From Setoptus koraiensis (lineage: Eukaryota; Animalia; Arthropoda): 64,000 nt of DNA. Position numbers and translations under genes: made by a program. The stretch's first letter is position 1, and every line of letters starts with the position of its first letter. Shown in pieces: positions 59,401 to 64,000 of the stretch. Under the pieces are notes generated by a model. That model ran no database searches. It saw nothing but the letters and a program-made list of their open reading frames with translations, and was not told the origin of the DNA. Location of the stretch: NCBI GenBank assembly GCA_048013815.1, contig CM106586.1:17856001-17920000 (forward strand). Reading direction: 5' to 3'.

Positions 59401-62400
59401 GCCTGTTGCTGATACTGTATCGGTTTTGCGTCGCCGGCAAGAGCAAATGCAACTCCAAGTTGCTCGGCGCCGACACGGGCCGCCGACGAGGGGCCACCAA
59501 GTGCGACAAGCGACTGTACGCAAAACCCGCGCCCAAACTGGACGCACCGTTGGGGCCCGGCGACCGCTGGGGCAGCTGCCACAGGTGCCAGAGCAAGCTG
59601 GGTAGGTATCCGATCTCTTTGGCCCGTCAGCTGGCGACCTCTCTCGGTCGATCGAGAGAGGTCGATGTTCTCGAGTTTGTCAATCACCGGGCTGCCCAGA
59701 TCGCCAGTTGTTGGCCCAAACTGTCTGAGAATGTCTGCTAATGCCTGAATGAATTGTGACGAAAATCTAAATCTAAAAATATCCCCTCTTGACGTCCCGT
59801 TGACACACGACAACTAATTGCCAACAACCGATCGCTCGCCAGACTATGCGCCCGTTCTGCTGGGCTCCGTGACGCTCGGACTGATCCAGTTGACAGTGAT
59901 CGGGCTGGAAATAGCCAAATTCATCAACGACAAGCACGTCTACCTGCCCATACTGAAGTTCATCTTTGTCTTTTTCGTCATGCAGTTCATTCTGGCCCGG
60001 GTAAGTGCTCGATCCACCTCTATCCTCATTTATCCACCTCTATACACGTCTATCGGCTCTGATTGACCCGACCATTTCTTCTCTCTGGCTGGACTCTTCG
60101 TGTGCCATATCGTTCTTGTTCTGGCATTGGCTTCTGGCGGCAATTGGCCGCAAAATACTTTCGCCCGCGAACGCATTTCGCTCTAAACGCTCAACCAATA
60201 ATAAACGCTCCACAAAAACAGGTCAGCAACACAAGCAAAAGTGACAATTTGGCCAACTTTGCCCTGGCCCATCTACTGGCCACTCAAGTGTCGCTTTGGC
60301 TCATGAAATTGAACCATGTCAACGATCAGTATCAGCAGACGGCCAACCGATGGCACGCATCGTTCCTAGACGCCGATTTGCTAATTAAGATTAACGGTTC
60401 CAGCGCAACTATAATGGATCATATGGGCTCATCGGCGCACTTACCTGTCGGACCCACACACCAGAATGGACACAATCAGCATGCTGGCGACAGTTATCAG
60501 TTCGGTGTCAGGCCGGCGGTCACAACAACGCCGGCCACACTGACAGAGTCAACGTCCAACGGCGACAGTGACAATGAGCGCATAGTTTTGCAAAATAACA
60601 GTGGCAAAACTCCAATATACATGACATCGACTTTTACAAAACAACTGGCTCAACAAGGCAACAACAACAACAACAACAACGGCAACAGCAGCGCCAACAA
60701 CCAAGCGCAACCAGAGCTGGCAGCCAACAAAGTTTGGTCGGTCGACGATGGCGACAAGCCAGCCAAACAGTACGACCGATCAAGGCCAATGGAACAATCT
60801 AAAAGTAATCAGCAGCCGAACAATATTGTTGGCGATATAATAATTAGCGGCGCAAATCTCACCGCTAACGCCAACAACAAAACGACCAATGCCAACCTGT
60901 TGAATCTAGACGTAACATCCATGATAATGGACAAAATCCTCAAGGGTACAAACCAGTTGAGCCTGGCGCAGGACGGGCTGCCGCCGCCACCGCCAGTTAC
61001 GCAACCCGCCCGTCAGCTGATAGAGCCGTCGAGGGGCTCTGGCGCCGAAAGCTCGCCAGGTAAAAGTGGCGACAACGGCGGCAACAACCGCAACAACAAC
61101 ATAGACACCGCTAGGGATGGCAGCGGCGCCACGCTCGGTGCATCTGTCAGCGTCAGCGAGCCCGGCAGCACGACGAGACGGCCGCAGACGACGCAATCAC
61201 CTGTCAGAGTGACAGCTGATGTGGATACGCACACCACAACGCCGTCGAAGCCGCAAACAATGGCTTCGACAAGCCAGCAGCAACAACAACAGCAACTGCC
61301 CAAGCCGAGCTCGTCGTCGATGTCGCCCAGGCAGCAGCAGCCGCCGCTTCCAAAACCTGTTATAACGACGACAAGCCTGGACGAAAACAATAGGATAATT
61401 AATGTCACGGTACGAAACGGCGGCCCGCAGCATCAGCCGGCCGGCCCGCGGGACCCGGCCGGTAGTGCGCGGGCCGGCGACGCCCAGGATGGCAGGCGCA
61501 AGACCCGCGACAGGTCGGCGGCGCCCATCACCATCAACAAGCACACCATTCTGGTGCCAGACAACAGCCAGATAGTGGCCAAAAAGGGGCCCGCACCGAA
61601 GCAAGCTCACGGGCAGTGGCAACGCGCTCCCCCCAAGCACCAGTCCACGCAGCATGCGGACGCCCGGTCGCACCGGAGCGGACCGCCGGGCGTGCTAGCG
61701 CCCGGCAAGCGGGCCCCGGCCAACAGCTCTTTTGGCGTGCCCGCGGCCAGTCGCTCCGCAAAGAACGCGCCCGGCCCGAAGAAGCTCGAGTCGCCCTATT
61801 CGTTGCCCACCAGCAGCGATCTCGGTAGCCACTACAAGCAGCAGCAGCAGCATTCCATTCCAGCAACCAGCGGATCGTATGCGGGTGATGCGGGCCGGCC
61901 GCACGGGCGGCCGGCGCAGACGAGCGCCACAGACGCCGACGAACCGGCGGACAGCGAGCACGTGTCCGAGTCGCCCGCTTCCTTCAGCTCGGAAATGGAG
62001 GGCGACACGCGCGACACCGACGACAATCCCGAGAGCAGCGACGGCGAGCCCGACGCCAGACTGCAACCGTCCGAGGGCTCGGGCTTCAGCTCGGAGCTTG
62101 ACATACCCGACGAGTCGTTCATGTTCAACGAGGCGTCCACTGTCCGGGAGACCCTGGCCGTGGCCCCCTACTCGCTGACCGTTCCCCGCCAACTGATCAA
62201 CGGCGGCTCAATTAGCGAGAGGCTAATCAACGGCAGGCTAGTGGACGGGAGGCAGTGGCACAACGACACTGTTGCGTCACACTTGCCCTGGGCGACCGGC
62301 AGGAGTGCGCCGGCGCACGCGGGCTCCCTTCGGGCGAGGCGCCACGAGCAACAGCAGCAGAGCGCCCTGTTGAGGTCGCCGGCGGGCACGGGCGACGGGT

Positions 62401-64000
62401 TGCCGCTGGCGAATGTGTCAGCAAACGGCGCGCCCCACAACACGTTCGCCGATTTGCTCATGCCATTCGTGCATCACTATCACATCCTAATCATAGCCAT
62501 ATTGTTCAATTTGTGGATCAACAATCGCCGCTCGGTCGGGCTGGCGCCGTCGGCCAACGCAAGCCCGGCGCATTGCGCGCCCGCCTCGTCGCGGGTGCGG
62601 TATCACGCGGGCGCGCGCCCGACAGTGGACAGTGTGGGATCGTCGTCGTGCGACGCCAAGACCGCACTGAGGAGCCCGTCCACTGACTCGTCCGCAATAT
62701 CGTCGTTTATTCTGGTGGAATTAGACGGCGACAAGCGGCGCACTCGGTCCAAGATGCGCTCGCACTCGCTCGAATCGCTCAATTCGTCCGCCTATTACGA
62801 CCCGGAGCCGGCCAATGTCGCCCAGAGCGGCCAAACTAACTGGCACAAGGACCCCATTCGGTTGAATCGCGAGGGCAAAATAAAGCGCCACTCAACGAAA
62901 CGCATCGTGACATCGAGCGCCAAAAAGAACTGTCACTTTTTGGGGGCCCGGTCGTCGTCCATGTCACTGTTGAGCACGACGTCGTCCACGCAACCCATGG
63001 CCGACACGCTCAGGTTGGACCTGTTGCAGTCGCCCGCGTACGCGTCGGGCTCGCTGTCGTTGTCGCGCCGGCCCGGCCCCAAATCCAAGTCAATCAAGGG
63101 CTTCTTCGTGGGCATGCTGGTGCTGTCGTCGTCGTTCATCGTTTTGCTGCTCAAGAACGAAATCGTCACCATGACGACCCACTCGGTCATACAGGTGAGT
63201 CGACTCTGCGCATCTAATTTTTATCTGTGTTATTCTCTCTCGAATTATCGCCATCGCAACTAATCGCACCAACACCAACTAATTGAATGATCCAACTACC
63301 GCCACTCAAAGTTCATTTGCGTCATCATCACGGTCATCGCGCTCGTGATCCATTGGCGCAAGAAGCGCGCCAGGAGGCGCAAACTGGGCCTGTACGAGCG
63401 CCAGCCACTGGGGCCCGTCGACATGGAGGCCTCGCCGGGCCAAATAATGCAATTCGTCGACCACAACGACAGGGCCATCGCAAGCGGCAACTACTTCTAC
63501 AGACAACCCTACAGTTTGATGAGGGAGCAGCTCAAGGAGCGACAGTCGAGCACCATCAGGGCGTTCATGAATTCGCACCTCGTCGTGGCCGAGCAACAGC
63601 ACCACCGGAGAGCCCAGGGCAAACACTGGAAAAAGAACGCGGACTCGAATGGTCACAATGCCCAATCCAACGCCCTCACCGAATGCCAATTGAGCATTGA
63701 TTTCATGAGCTATTTATTCCTATTATCGTCTTACTATTGTGGCCTGTCCGTATCGCTAGAATCCTATTACAAACTGACCACCCTGCTGGTGACAAATGGC
63801 TCAACTTCTGCCTCCATCATGCTCAGCTATTCGCTCATCAACGCGGCCTTCATTCACACCATTATGATATTCAAGGGACTCATGCTAATTGTACAGGTCA
63901 CCCTGCAGAGTCTGCTAATTAGAATAAGTTGCATCAATTCCATCGAAACAAAACAAATATTTGCCTTTCTCATATTCACCAATCTCAGCCTGTGGATTCT
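56443..64000 (+). CDS. Divergent otopetrin-family proton channel, 3' incomplete; join(56443..58798,58945..59601,59843..60000,60222..63194,63312..>64000)
   Basis: All four junctions are GT-AG and phase-compatible. Otopetrin-like TM motifs in order: LGSVTLGLIQLTVIGLEIAKF, FIFVFFVMQFIL, NFALAHLLATQVSLW, LMPFVHHYHILIIAILFNLW, KGFFVGMLVL, LIVQVTLQSLLI, KQIFAFLIFTNLSLWI. The last exon is open to the window end and absent from the ORF track. A possible extra first exon starts at ATG 56169. Confidence 0.85.

Overview
Eukaryotic (arthropod) genomic DNA with spliceosomal GT-AG introns. It is most consistent with a compact acariform mite genome, possibly eriophyoid; this is inferred from intron-poor housekeeping genes and polyQ/N-rich proteins and is not proven. 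Layout: (1) 1-23.4 kb is non-coding, GC/CpG-rich and full of short tandem duplications and bZIP/E-box-like words. (2) 23.4-35.9 kb holds a three-exon, ~2040-aa Q/H/N-rich gene and a two-finger C2H2 zinc-finger ORF. (3) 36.3-54.3 kb is mostly a compact, repeat-poor block (interrupted by a microsatellite-rich non-coding island at ~48.2-50.9 kb) with an orphan secreted-type ORF, TMCO1, UBE2J1 (5' half lost in an apparently error-ridden ~1.9 kb stretch), NSRP1, a 54-aa membrane microprotein missed by the ORF track, a TPR-Tudor-BAH (winged eye/TNRC18/BAHCC1-like) gene, NDUFA11, CBS and a chitin-binding gene. (4) 56.4-64 kb is a very divergent multi-exon otopetrin that runs off the window. Best leads: the TPR fusion to a TNRC18-type Tudor-BAH reader, a heme-type CBS lacking its regulatory Bateman module, an otopetrin with a degenerate N-half pore, and 10/21-bp phased arrays of PAR/C-EBP bZIP sites. 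I found no prokaryotic system, CRISPR array, tRNA, rRNA or intact mobile element. All family calls are from motif recognition by eye, without database searches.
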